64,000 nt of DNA. It comes from Minutocellus sp. GHC0000111. Its lineage: Eukaryota. Location of the stretch: contig OZ361258.1 in NCBI GenBank assembly GCA_977018835.1, positions 930,001 to 994,000 of the forward strand, in the 5' to 3' direction. The notes below the pieces were generated by a model. That model had not been told where the DNA came from, did no database searches, and saw only the letters and a program-made list of their open reading frames with translations. The first letter of the stretch is position 1, and each line of letters begins with the position of its first letter. Below are positions 1 to 11,355 of this stretch, one piece after another. Both the position numbers and the translations under genes were made by a program.

Positions 1-210
1 AAAACTGTCGATGGCAAGAGAACGGGATATCTTGCCAGCAGCGTGGACGAATATTCTAGTGCAATGTACAAAGCTTTTTATGGCGGAGCAGATAGCAAAG
101 AGAACATGGATATTCGAGCTTGTGGGAGAGAATCCTCCAAGCGCTTCTCAGATCAAGTCTTTATGAGAGAGTTCAAAGACGCTATTGTTGCGTCGGAGAT
201 ACTAAGATAA
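1..210 (+). CDS. ALG11: 3' end of a GT4 glycosyltransferase, ALG11-like alpha-1,2-mannosyltransferase (partial, runs off the window)
   Basis: Frame 1 reads KTVDGKRTGYLASSVDEYSSAM...IRACGRESSKRFSDQVFMREF...*, stop TAA at 208-210. The TGYLA..EY and IR...S..RFSD..F pattern resembles the ALG11 C-terminus. Confidence 0.6.
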   Translation, partial: KTVDGKRTGYLASSVDEYSSAMYKAFYGGADSKENMDIRACGRESSKRFSDQVFMREFKDAIVASEILR

Positions 211-444
211 ACCCACAACATTTGCCAATTTTATGTAAATAGCCAATTCAATATTTATTTGCTTGTTCCTTGCCTCTTTCCTCTAGTAGCTACGTAGTAG
301 CCAAGCCAACCTAACTACTCGACGACTACTCTAGTAGCTAGCTACGTAGCAACTTAGCTTTGCATGCACTCAATATTTGCATTTTGCTTCTGTCTTTTAC
401 TACGTATTGATTATTATCTTTCTTTTAAAATTCAATCTTTTCGT

Positions 445-466
445 CAAACAAACAAACAAACAAACA
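445..466. repeat. (CAAA)5 microsatellite
   Basis: caaacaaacaaacaaacaaaca in the convergent intergenic region downstream of NOS. Confidence 0.9.
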
Positions 467-487
467 TGTGACATTAGCTCAGGTTCC

Positions 488-3400
488 TCAAGCTACTGTT
501 CCAGAAGGTGTCTTTCTGACAAGGTCAACCTTGGGAGGTCCTGAGAGATCTGGTGCTAGTGGCATGCCGACATTGGCATTGCCACTGGAAGCCTGGTGTC
601 TAGATATCACTCGACTAAGACCAGTATTGTGAGTACCGGTATTGTCATTGGGAGTGTAGGCGAAGGCTCCCATCCAAGACTCTTTCTTCTGTAGGCGTGG
701 GCGAGACGGAACGAACGGTGTTGACGGAGCAGATCTTTGGCGTTGGTCTTCGTCTTTATCCTCGGCTAAAAATGGGAGGCTGTCTGACCTCTTCATTGTA
801 ATGCTACCAGTTCTTGCAATAATGCGCATGTCGGTGTCAGTTAAAGGAAGCGACTTTTTGGCTTTGCCATTGGCTTCGTAGGAATTGAGGGCGGTGTTTT
901 CATTGCTGCTCACTTGAGAACACTCTGGTCTGAATTGGTCTGCCCAGCTTGATCTCTTTGTTGGGCGGATCGCCTGAAATTCCTCCTTAGCACGGGGACG
1001 AGGAAGAACAAGTCTCTCGAGACCGGCTGTTATTTCGACGACTCGGGATGTGGCTTCCTTCCACGCAAACTGCATTGCATCATCGCCAGCCGAAATAGCT
1101 CCGTAGACCTCGGTAATGAATCGTTTCTGTTGCTTCATGATTACTAGTTTCTCCATCGCCCGGCTCATCTCCACGCCTTTCTGTGTTTGGCTTCCAGCGC
1201 ACAAGATCATGAGCAAACGATTCTGCACCGTGATTGCCATGTCGGGGCCACCACAAATGTACAGGTGTGTTTTGGGGTTATGGAGTAGCGATAGGATGGT
1301 TTCAGACTCGCGCCCTAGCATGTCCTGAACGTACATTTTGTTTTCCATCTCTCGGCTGTAGGCGATGAAAGGGTTCACCCTACCTGCTCGTTCTAAGAAA
1401 CCAATTTCAGAGGCGAATGGGAGATCAGAGTGAGAACGACAGCCGAAGAAGAGATACATTGGATTACGAGCGCTGCTCATCCAGAATGATCGAAATGGAG
1501 CAATGCCAGTTCCAGTGGCAATCATGATGCACGGTGCATCCTCGTCGGCAGGGAGGTGAAGGTCAGTTTGAGAAAACACAGCTGTTGCCTTCTCATCAGC
1601 TTGAAGGGATCTCAACCAACGCGATGTAGTACCAGCCTGCCCGTTTGTAAACGTGTAAACGCTTTGGCAGACACTGATCGTTCGTTCCTCTCGAGACATG
1701 GATGCAATAGAGTAGAAGCGCGGATCCATGGCCGGGGCGCTCGACACTATCCACTGGAAAGGAACACTTCCTGGGGGCAACTCATTAATCAGATCCGTAA
1801 CACTCTTCTCTGTTTTGTCCTTGGTGGAGTTTCTTAATACCGACTCAATGATGTATTTCGCTTTCTCGTTGCCCGTCGCACTCCAGAGCTCAGCGAGGGA
1901 TGCAGTACTGACTGGACGGGCGAGGTCAACATCCATTTTCAAGACATCTCGAGCTCCTGGTATCGATTGAATGGTCCCATCGACCATGCGAAGGGTAAGA
2001 TCGACGGAGTCGTCGAGATTTCTTGGATATAGGGCGACGTGGTCGCCTGGACGAAGGTCTTTGAGCTGAGAGCTTTGCTCCGGATCAACCTCAAAGCAGA
2101 ATAGGTCAGTTGACCGTCCCAAAATTCCTTGGACGCGAGACCAAGGTGTGTGTTCAAACTCAGAGTACAGCCTCTCTAGCTCATTTTTGGAGTCATTCTG
2201 TATCACTTGGGCAAAGCCTTGATATGATAGAGTTACCTTTCGCTTCGAAGTCATATCGGCAGACTTGGTAGTTACGGATGCAAAGGCATCAAGGTCTTCT
2301 TGATAGATGATGCCTGTAGTAGAATCAAGGAGGTTGCTCCTCCAATCGTCGAACGAAAGCTCCTGATCCATGAGCTCATCTGCAACTCGAACGTTGAGGA
2401 CTGGCATAGCCCCAATGTCCTCGAGGGCGGCATGGACGTCGATGCCGTATTGCGCAAATGATTGGGTGTAAGCGCTGTTGCCAAGGGACAGTACCGCAAA
2501 GGATGTGGAATGCATTGAAGTGGAAGTTGACATCATGCTCTTTAGCTTCGATAGGAAGAGCTTGGCATGGCTCGGGGCGCAACCGATGCCAGTAGTGGAA
2601 GCAGCGATCAAAATTAGTGTCCGCTGTTTGCATCGAGGGGTTGGAAAGTGATTGGGAAGGTCGTCGAGAGGTATTGGACCTACTACTCGGTCGCCCAAGA
2701 CATCAAGATCCGTGGCAAGGCGGGTAATAAAACGTTGGCTCGTGCCGGTCTCCGATCCGAAGCAGAGGATGATCCTGTCGTAAATTACGGCCTTGGTATC
2801 AATAGTGAAAGATGACTTGGAAGTACATTCCTCGTCGAGGACGATAGGGTCAAAAGTGTTCAATCCTGCTTCAAGGCATATGTCGACATTCGGCCGATAG
2901 ATGGGCTTGACGATGAAGTTGACCTGCAAAATTACAAGTGAATGGTGGCGATAGAAAATAGTTAGTGAGAAATCAAGTCACATGTAGCTACATTGGAAAG
3001 AAAATTCTATGCCGCTGTGCATGACCTCACCATCTCCTGATGAAAGACCTTCGTCATGGAACCTCCAGCTGGCGGTGTGACCCAAACCCAAACAGCAGGG
3101 CATTTCCCCCGCTTGCCGATTTCCTCCCTATGAAAATCAATAAAGGAATCACTTGCTGTGTGATGATCGACGATGGATACCGATGCCTTTGCAAAGGAAT
3201 GGAGGATTGCCTTATGAATTTGCAACTGCACATCATCTCTCCAAACACCGATCTTGGACCGCTTGATGCCACAGGCGATGGCAACGGCCTCGGCGAGGTC
3301 GTACCGTTGCTTATCGAGAAAGTCACAAACAATCTCAGTGACTTGATACCATCCATTAAATGGACAGGTTTGGTAGTAGATACCTCCGATATCGACGCCC

Positions 3401-4347
3401 ATGTTGCTGATCGCCGGCAGAGCGTACCAACGTAGATTGAGCGACGAGAGCAGCTCGTGCTCGGGATGGTGGACCGGCACTTCCAAGATGGCATCGGACG
3501 GGATCTCAAAGACTCGAGGCTTGTCATGTCCAACGATGTTGTCCGAAATAATCAAGGGCAAGATATCAAAGTCACTTTTCGTTGATGGCGGGGACCAGCC
3601 CAGCTTGACACAGAGGGCCGTGAAGGATAGATTGACCGGGTCACCCATGATGCTCCCATCCTCGCGTTTGTAGGCGGCATAACCAATGAGCTGCCGGTTC
3701 CACACACGGACGGGTGCCGAGATTCCATCACCCTTCTGTGGGAACACCGAAATGACCGGCTTGATAGCCCCGCCATTACCAGCGTAGTGGAGATGCTCAA
3801 CGATCTGATCGAAGCATTCCTGAGAAGTCTTGGCAAATCGACAGTCTCGCAGCTCAAGGTTGAAGGATACCTTACGCATGATGCATCGCCCGGAATTTCG
3901 CCAGGCCAGCCGGCAACCAAATTCGAGCTCTTCGTACGTGTGGCGGTAGCTGCCATACGCTTGAATATCGTGAGTTACGTCGTCAATCCGATCCTGGAGA
4001 TCCTCAGGTGTGCTGAGATGTGAAGTCTCGTTGGAGAATTGGTTGATGAAGGCGACGGCTTCGTCAATCTTGGTCTGGATGGGTTGGGAGTATAAATTGC
4101 CGATGGCGGAGAAGCCACTCTTGTCCATCATGGCTCCGTGGCACTCATGTGGAGTACAGCCAACTGTATGACGGGGCTTGCCGACATCGGTGGCCTCTGA
4201 GAGCTGGACCGAAATCTTCTCACCAGTCTCGAGTTGTTCGAGGTTGAGCTCGTGGTGAAATGGACACTTTCCAGCACGGCTCATTGTATGGCCTATTTTG
4301 CCATCGTCATCTGAGCTAGAAGCGCTCTCTGGTATTTCTTTCTGCAT
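488..4347 (-). CDS. NOS: Nitric oxide synthase (oxygenase + flavodoxin + FAD/NADPH reductase); exons 4347-3031 and 2923-488, possible extra 5' exon
   Basis: Oxygenase motifs CTPHECHGAMM, AWRNSGRCIMR, WYALPAISNM, PFNGWY..TEI, IVDHHTASDSF, W.W.TPP, FHQEM. GT-AG intron 3030-2924 restores HQEM|VNFIVKP. Reductase motifs FGSETGTS, STTGIG, LGNSAY, RFYSIAS, GTGIAPFRSF, FFGCR, YVQD, YICG. A further intron 4534-4351 would add MSVLLAAVPK in frame. Confidence 0.93.
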
Positions 4348-5545
4348 GACCTAGGTTCCAAGAAGAAATATTTATGTGTGTATGTGCAAATGTATGCATG
4401 TATGGATGTGTGGCGACCAAGCACATAATTTGTGAGATTGGGTTTAAACTATTTGTGCACGATACGAATTGATTACGCGAATTGAGAAAGATAAGAAGTA
4501 CACGTAGCAAGGCGAATACCAAGAGGTTTCTCACCTTTGGAACAGCTGCAAGGAGAACGGACATTCCTTCACACTCAAAGATCCCGGACTCGGTGTCACC
4601 GAGTTCTAGCTTCTTTTGGGCAATTGCCTTGGCCGATGCAGCAGCAGGGAAGAGTGGACGCGGCTGTTGGGAGTCGTTGCTGCTTCCTCTTCCGTGGGAC
4701 TTTCAGATTTCTTCTCATTGACGATGATGTGTTGAATCGTCGCGGGCGGTTGTGTTGCGCCCACTCGGTGGCCGCCACTAGAATTGGTGGCGATTGTGGT
4801 CTTCGTTGTAATTGGTTTCTTCTTGCTCCTTGCCTTAGATGGATGTCCGCCGACGCCATCGGCACCGCCGCGAGCCACGGGACGAAGGCGCATCTCCCCT
4901 GATGATTGCCGTCGTGGCAGCGGGGCGGCCAAGAGAGGAGGAGGAAGGGGTAGTGAGTCGGTGGATTTGCAGATTGATACCCCCGCCTCTTTTTAGAGTA
5001 GAGAGCTAGGAGATAGCTACTTGAATAGTTTTCGATCTTTCATTTGTGGGCGCCATGCATGCTCAAAGCACAAAGGCTGGCACACAACGGCTGGCGGCCG
5101 TTTCTGCGCGGATGCCGTGATTGCGCGGATGCCTTCTCTGTCATCTCTGGGACCAGGGCAGGGCCATTGTACGTAGAGGCCGATCGGATGCATATTCTCC
5201 GGGATGGGTGTGATCTCTCGGGATTGCGCGGATGCACGTTGTCTGTGATCTCCTCTGGGATTGACGACAAATTATCGGATGGGATCTCGCTCGATTGCAT
5301 CTGTGCTTGGCCGCTTTGCCTCATTGAACAAGTTGAACTTCGCAAGTGCTTGCAGACCTTGCAGAAACAGGGAAATGCATGTAGGGGACTCCCGTTTCGA
5401 GGATTTCCTATTCGGATTGATTGATTCGGGTGAATGATTTGTCAAATAAAGAAGCATTTCAATTGGGCATGCATTTATTTATTTGCACATTGCTTTGCCT
5501 GTCAAAAATAATTTTCAATCAATATTTTATGTGGACCACCACATT

Positions 5546-6916
5546 ATGCGCCAGAGGGCGACCAACCCAACGTTATCCCTGGACCATGTTGACGATCGGC
5601 GCCCTTCTACTAGAGCTGACCACGCTGTAGTTGGAGGTGCTCATCGTAAGAGTGCTGGTAAGCAGAAGACGGCCCGTTTCCGCCACGAAGCACCTGCATC
5701 CGACGCTGATGCCAACACCAGGGAGTTCTTTCTTGTCTTCTCAGCGACGATTTGTACCGGCTGGTTGCTACTCTCTCTTTATAGGTTCTATCTCCAAATA
5801 CCAATATCTCTGCATCACTCTCCGATAGTTTCTTCGATAATATCGGGTAGCGGTGGTGCTCCGAACCAAAGGACAACGGTATTCCAAGGTGCCAAAATTC
5901 TCGATGCGACCGCCAAGCTCAAGTTGCCAACTCCAATAATTGTAATGGGACTACCAAAATCGGGAACCACAAGTATCAGTGCTTATTTTCGTTGTGGGCG
6001 AATAGCGTCTTCTCACTTTAGTTGCGAGGTTGCCGAAGAGGATGCCGGTAGTGAGGAAGATGGGGTAGATTCGCGGCGCAATTGCCGCCTACCACCGACA
6101 CTTGGTACCGATGCGGGATCATTTCCTTTGTGTGCGGTGTGCGTTGAACGCAATATACTCCAAGGTAGATCGCCATTGGAAGGATGTGGACCGTACGATG
6201 TATTTGCCGAATTGGACTCGGCAGAGCATCCACTACCCTCGGCGTCTTCCTCGAAACGTCACTTGCGCTCGTGGTCCTCATGGTCGCGGCTGTTGTCTGC
6301 ATCAGCATCGGATGTCCAGCCCCTGTGCTCGTACCCACAGATTACACATTTGGATGCAATCCATGACGCTTATCCCAACGCCACCTTCATACTAAATACA
6401 CGCCCAGCTGGGCACTGGGTTCGTTCAATATCAAAATGGAGTGCAAATGGAAACGACAAGCAAAAGGAGGGTGTCGGATATTTGCGTCAGGTATTGACAA
6501 AATGCGACTTACCTGGATTGCCTGCTGGTATTGGAAGCCGAGACGAGGAATTGGCATCATTCTATAAAACACACTCCAGGCGAATACAGAACTTTGTTCA
6601 TAAGCATCCGTCTCATGCTCTGATTGAGATTGATATCGAGGCCGATGAAACAGCTGTCATTATGGAAGAAGCGTTTGGTATTTCGTCCGAGTGTTGGAAT
6701 CAGCACAATCCAACAGTGCGAAAGGGAAAAGAGGATCCTATAGATGATGACGACGACGACGGTGGTGGTGCTAATGCCAACGACGCCTTGCATGGTTCGG
6801 AGGAGGAGGCAGTGGACTTCGACATTCAGAAAGAAAAGCCAGACACTGCACTTGTCCTTGATTACTTGGAATGCGGCAATATTGAAGAAATCTTTCCAAA
6901 GGTAAAAGTAAAGTAA
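5546..6916 (+). CDS. Membrane-anchored sulfotransferase-family protein
   Basis: One TM segment, then a 5'-PSB loop IVMGLPKSGTTSI and a 3'-PB-like FILNTRP...WVRS. First in-frame ATG at 5546. Confidence 0.75.
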   Translation: MRQRATNPTLSLDHVDDRRPSTRADHAVVGGAHRKSAGKQKTARFRHEAPASDADANTREFFLVFSATICTGWLLLSLYRFYLQIPISLHHSPIVSSIISGSGGAPNQRTTVFQGAKILDATAKLKLPTPIIVMGLPKSGTTSISAYFRCGRIASSHFSCEVAEEDAGSEEDGVDSRRNCRLPPTLGTDAGSFPLCAVCVERNILQGRSPLEGCGPYDVFAELDSAEHPLPSASSSKRHLRSWSSWSRLLSASASDVQPLCSYPQITHLDAIHDAYPNATFILNTRPAGHWVRSISKWSANGNDKQKEGVGYLRQVLTKCDLPGLPAGIGSRDEELASFYKTHSRRIQNFVHKHPSHALIEIDIEADETAVIMEEAFGISSECWNQHNPTVRKGKEDPIDDDDDDGGGANANDALHGSEEEAVDFDIQKEKPDTALVLDYLECGNIEEIFPKVKVK

Positions 6917-6994
6917 TTAGCTTATCCATCTATGAGATATTATGCATCCCAAGGATTACCTTGCTACGTAGCTTGCTCGAGTTGCATTCTCTAG

Positions 6995-7540
6995 CTAGTT
7001 CGAGAGAGGCCTCTCAAACAGGAGCAATACCTCGTCCGTTCTGCTTTCGACATTGCTAGTCAGAGCACCTACAACATCCTCCCACGACGATGCCCTGGCT
7101 ACATCGAAAAGCGTGCATTGCCAAGCCACGCCACCCGAAAAGGATGCAGCCGTCGTGATCAATCCATCTCCTCGCGGCAAACCCATAGTCCACTGTGAGG
7201 TATATCGGAGAATGTCTCCTGGCTGTTCGCCGCCTCCGTTCGATTTCGTACACACAGCAAGCCCGTTTTGCGGGGCAACATCCAACCCAAACGGGAGCTT
7301 GTATCTCACTTCCACTATTTCACTTGGTCCGTCGACAACAGATGGAAAGGCCAACTGGGCCTGAAGGTCGGAGGTCGTAGGTGGCATCTTCACCATGAAC
7401 TCGAAGCTACTGCTATCATCAGCATCGTCTGACATGCGAAGGGGGCCTGTCGACCGGTGATGACCAGGAGGCTGCTGGAGCGGGGCAAAGGCAACCGCCG
7501 AAGCAGAAATGGCGGCAAGAAGGATCGTGCGGATAAACAT
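6995..7540 (-). CDS. Plastid-targeted uncharacterised protein, possibly degenerate PDZ-like
   Basis: MFIRTILLAAISASAVA-FAP signal with ASAFAP-type cleavage motif; LPFGL..GDIL..VLLLFER pattern. Confidence 0.75.
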   Translation of the reverse strand: MFIRTILLAAISASAVAFAPLQQPPGHHRSTGPLRMSDDADDSSSFEFMVKMPPTTSDLQAQLAFPSVVDGPSEIVEVRYKLPFGLDVAPQNGLAVCTKSNGGGEQPGDILRYTSQWTMGLPRGDGLITTAASFSGGVAWQCTLFDVARASSWEDVVGALTSNVESRTDEVLLLFERPLSN

Positions 7541-7707
7541 CTTATAGAGTTTGACAATGCTCGTAGTCAATGAACGAGATGACGTTGGCTGATGACAAAC
7601 TGACTTGGCGGTTTGCGCCATCGCACCATCAAGTCGAGCGAGTCGAAATCGAGAAGATACCGCCCGCCATCGACTTTCAGAATGAGGCACAAAAGATGTG
7701 ATCCAAC

Positions 7708-8570
7708 ATGCCCTTGGAAACATGCGGTGAATTCTGCGGGTGGTCGGCCGCCGTTGTTGCGTGTATTGCCTTTGGATCATTTGGTGTTCCTGTCAAGGGA
7801 AGCCGAGCAACTCGCGTGAACATCGATCCGCTGGTAATGCAGAGCTACAAAACATTGATGTGCCTTGAGTCTTGCTGGGTGGTGCTACTCATAGGAGAAG
7901 AGTTCACTTATACTCCGTGGGGGATCGTCTCCGGTCTCTTTTGGGTACCCGCCGGAACTTCTGCCATATTTGCGATTCGGAATGCTGGTTTAGCTGTATC
8001 TCAAGGCATATGGAGCGCACTCATTGTGTTGGTCTCTTTCTTCTGGGGCATATTCATCTTCGACGAGGCGGTTGCTTCGAGAGTTGTTGCCACATTTGCC
8101 ATCCTACTTATGGTGGCAGGGCTATGGGGCATGGGTCATTATTCAGTGCCTGCTGAGTCGCATTTGAGTTACACACCCGCCTCGGATCTTGAAGAAGACG
8201 AGCCTGTCAACTTTGGTGATCATAGGGATGATTCGTCATTCCGTGACGAGGAAGACGATATCGCCGATGGCTCAATAGAAATGGAAAGGAGCGAGATGAA
8301 TCATAGATCGGCGATAGATGATGCCGGACTGGACATGCCTTTGACTGAAATAAGCGAGGAACAATATTTCCGTTTTCTCGGCTGCAAATGGTCGCGTCGT
8401 CGTCTCGGGCTTGCCTGCGCAAAAATTTAATGGGGATTGGGGCGGGAGCATCATGGTACCAATGCACTATAGCAGTGGCAATACAACTGGTTTAGGATAC
8501 GCGATCAGTTTCGCTATTGGGGCCACCATTGTTTTGTGTTCAATGTGGGTCTTTCGCTACCTATTTGCAA
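7708..8570 (+). pseudogene. TMEM144: TMEM144-like DMT-superfamily transporter, frameshifted near 8425 and 3'-truncated
   Basis: Motifs FGSFGVPVK, DPLVMQSYK, SGLFWVP, GLAVSQGIW. Continues in another frame as FNG.WGGSIMVPMHY...ISFAIGA, then runs into the antisense of the next gene at about 8565. Confidence 0.7.
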
Positions 8571-9313
8571 ACCTTGAAAGCGTATTCTGCTTCGGGATCC
8601 TTAGGTCTGCCGATGGCATAAGCGAATCGATTTCCAGAACGTACCCAATAACCAACTCGGCCAGCCTTCCCATCTTCTTCGAGTAATTCAAGCGCCATAA
8701 ATGGTCCCTTGTTAGTATGAGGCAGGCGAAACCAGCCTTCGGCGTAACTGGCATCATCTCCAGTCTCTCTCAAGAGCACCGATCCATCTTCCTCGGCCAG
8801 CACTTGACTAGCGCAAACTCCTATGTCAAGCCCACCAGACGGTGGCTGATAGTCAATATCTCTGCGCCAAAAGCATGTGCAAAGAGTTGATCCTTTTGCA
8901 TCTTCTTTGCGCTCAGCGGCCAGTTTGGCCAAGATCTCATCCTTCTTCACTGCGTCTCCGCTGGAAGTAGTGTCACCTGCTTTGTAGTCGATGATTCCAG
9001 CAAAACTCTTTTGACGAAGAATAATGTCCACAACGCCATCTTGACCTAGCAATATCTTCTTTGCATCGTCAGAGAAGCCATTCGCTGCGATGGCAGAGGG
9101 ACGGGGAACGATGCCAGCCTTTTGTGCCTCCTCAATGGAACGTCCTGGACTGCCAAGAGGGAGCCTAATGTCAACGTAGATACCGCTGCTTGCTGACTGC
9201 GTCCAGAGCACCAACGTAGAACGGTCGGCGCCAGCTTCATCACCGAGGGGATCTTCCTCAAACTTTCTCAGCCAAACACCAGCAACAGGCAACATGATTC
9301 TGCTCAGTTGCAT
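8561..9313 (-). CDS. Uncharacterised beta-rich protein (HRI1-like), probably 3'-truncated
   Basis: GVWLR..., LVLWTQS..GIYVDIRLP, SFAG, WRRDIDYQPPSG..DIG, SYAEGW. Its stop codon lies within the TMEM144 coding sequence on the opposite strand. Confidence 0.55.
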   Translation of the reverse strand: MQLSRIMLPVAGVWLRKFEEDPLGDEAGADRSTLVLWTQSASSGIYVDIRLPLGSPGRSIEEAQKAGIVPRPSAIAANGFSDDAKKILLGQDGVVDIILRQKSFAGIIDYKAGDTTSSGDAVKKDEILAKLAAERKEDAKGSTLCTCFWRRDIDYQPPSGGLDIGVCASQVLAEEDGSVLLRETGDDASYAEGWFRLPHTNKGPFMALELLEEDGKAGRVGYWVRSGNRFAYAIGRPKDPEAEYAFKVCK

Positions 9314-9588
9314 AGCTTGGGTGGCTACAATACATGTACCCCAACTGCCGATGACACCGATGCCCCGCATGCAACCTTCGGTTGAAAATGCGCCGAGATC
9401 TTGTGCTACTTGCTTGCACTGTCGACGTACGGACGTTTTGGACAGATGCGCGAGGCGGGGCGAGAGCGGCGAGGAGCTGGCCGAGGGCAGGGTCGCAAGG
9501 GTCGAAAGCGAGCAGCTAGATCTATGTACCGTATTGCTCGGTGGCAGAGATTGACGAGATCATTTTGCACTTGCAAGACCTGAGCTGC

Positions 9589-11355
9589 CTATAACAACTT
9601 TAAAGAAATTGATCTACCTTCCCCCACCTTGGCACCAGTGCCAAAAGCCTTCAGCCGAGCTAAATCCCATGCTTCTGTCACCACTTGGCGCTTGACTGCC
9701 TCATCTGATAAGCCTATCGGTTCCAACCCCGGAAACCGATTCACTTCGATGAGCCATGGCTTCTGATTCTCGTCTAACAAAAAGTCTAGACCAAGAATTT
9801 TTGGTACTCTCGCCCTTGCAGAAAGAAGACGACAAAGGTTTCTTCTCCTATCAAACGTTCCTTCCTTCTTGCAGTGTGATTGGTACGCCAGCATAGTAGA
9901 CCGTGCGCTATCCACAATTCCTTGCCAAAGATTTTCATAGTCCCAACCCTCCTTTTCAAAACGTCTCCGAAGTTCGTGAAAATCAAGCTGAACGGCATCA
10001 TCACCCTCTCCCAGTCCTGAGTTGGTCATGAATGCTTTACCCGAGCTAAAATCATAAGGGTCAGAGGCGAGCTTCGCCAGGCCCTCGGGAGAAATGTAAA
10101 ACTCGTTGTCCTCACCAACGCCATTAACGCAGCAAATGACATATACTCGCATTGAGAATTTTCGTCCGTCAATCAAGAGCGGTGGATGAACGATTTGTTG
10201 GCACAGAGTCTGGTCTTCTTCCTCGGCATCCTCAGCCAGAACTTCATCGAGTGATACCACCCTGTTGCCATGCGACCCATAACCAGCTCGATCCTTTAGA
10301 ATCCATGGGCTTGCAGTGTCCACCTCCTTTACATGGTTCGCAAACCTGTCTTTCTCACCAGGCAGAACAAATCCCAGTGGCCAAAATTTGCTATTATCTT
10401 CTCTTGACAGCAGCTGATGCAACAAAATCTTATCATCGAGATGAATTAGACGAGAATCGTCCAGTGGGCACTGATTCAGTGCTGCGATATTCAGAAAATC
10501 GACTTGCATCATTTGATCAAAGTTGGAATCGGCAATATCTTTCCCACCTGTGATTACAAGATGCAACCAATTGATGAGAGGACTCTTTGGGTCACGCTCC
10601 AGTGCCTGCTCGAGTAATTTCTCTGTGTAAGGTGCGGCCGTAGCTGTACTGTCTTCTACATGCCGCATCAATGCAAAGAGAGCAGCGGCCCGACCATCCA
10701 AAGTATCTCCTTCTTTGGTGCCTTTAACATACTCTTTGAGAATACCGATCGCTTTGTCCCAATCTTCCGTCCTAAGAGCACAAGTCGCTGCTGCGTATGT
10801 TGCCTTACCAATATCATCCCGTCGCCCCGATTGGTTGTCCTCGTTCAAATAAGTTAGAAGCTGGTCGACTGCTTCATCGTATCGCATCAATCGTTGCAAC
10901 GCGTAGGCTCTGCCGAAACAAATATCTCTAAAAGAATCGAGATTCAAATATGGTTTTATTTCTGGCAAAAGGGCCCGAGCATACATCCTTTCTGCACGCT
11001 TATCGTCACCAATCCTTGTCAACGCCGATGCATGCAGCCCGAGAGAGGCAGCCAGTATTGCAGGCGACAACGGCGCCTTACCTCCGAGAATTTCGTCCCA
11101 CAAAGAAACTGCTTCCCTTGCAGCTGTGATATTGTGCGTCGATTCGCCTGTCGTCAGTTCCATTGCCGTGCGTATTCGAGCGAGGAGTGCTGCCGGAAGG
11201 GCGGGCTTTGCTGGTGAAGAGGAGGAGGTGGTGCTTGTTGGAGAAGCAGCAGCGGCGAAGCCAGCAACGAGAATAACTCCTCCCAAACATTGGACCTCGC
11301 ACCACAGCGCAACGAGGAGCGCCAAAGAGCGGCAGCGACACCGGTAGTTGGTCAT
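9589..11355 (-). CDS. Tubulin-tyrosine ligase-like (ATP-grasp) protein with signal/transit peptide and TPR-like helices
   Basis: WILK...GSHG, QQIVHPPLLIDGRKFSMRVYV, FMTN, LGLDFLLDENQKPWLIEVN.P. Hydrophobic N-terminus followed by AGF and an S/T-rich stretch. Confidence 0.85.
   Translation of the reverse strand: MTNYRCRCRSLALLVALWCEVQCLGGVILVAGFAAAASPTSTTSSSSPAKPALPAALLARIRTAMELTTGESTHNITAAREAVSLWDEILGGKAPLSPAILAASLGLHASALTRIGDDKRAERMYARALLPEIKPYLNLDSFRDICFGRAYALQRLMRYDEAVDQLLTYLNEDNQSGRRDDIGKATYAAATCALRTEDWDKAIGILKEYVKGTKEGDTLDGRAAALFALMRHVEDSTATAAPYTEKLLEQALERDPKSPLINWLHLVITGGKDIADSNFDQMMQVDFLNIAALNQCPLDDSRLIHLDDKILLHQLLSREDNSKFWPLGFVLPGEKDRFANHVKEVDTASPWILKDRAGYGSHGNRVVSLDEVLAEDAEEEDQTLCQQIVHPPLLIDGRKFSMRVYVICCVNGVGEDNEFYISPEGLAKLASDPYDFSSGKAFMTNSGLGEGDDAVQLDFHELRRRFEKEGWDYENLWQGIVDSARSTMLAYQSHCKKEGTFDRRRNLCRLLSARARVPKILGLDFLLDENQKPWLIEVNRFPGLEPIGLSDEAVKRQVVTEAWDLARLKAFGTGAKVGEGRSISLKLL

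Noticed and set aside
488..2929. Stand-alone cytochrome P450 reductase-like gene
   Set aside because: A canonical intron joins it in frame to the NOS oxygenase ORF.
4596..5457. Additional genes or NOS 5' exons upstream of NOS
   Set aside because: Short ORFs with stops and imperfect repeats; no consistent frame or family could be supported.
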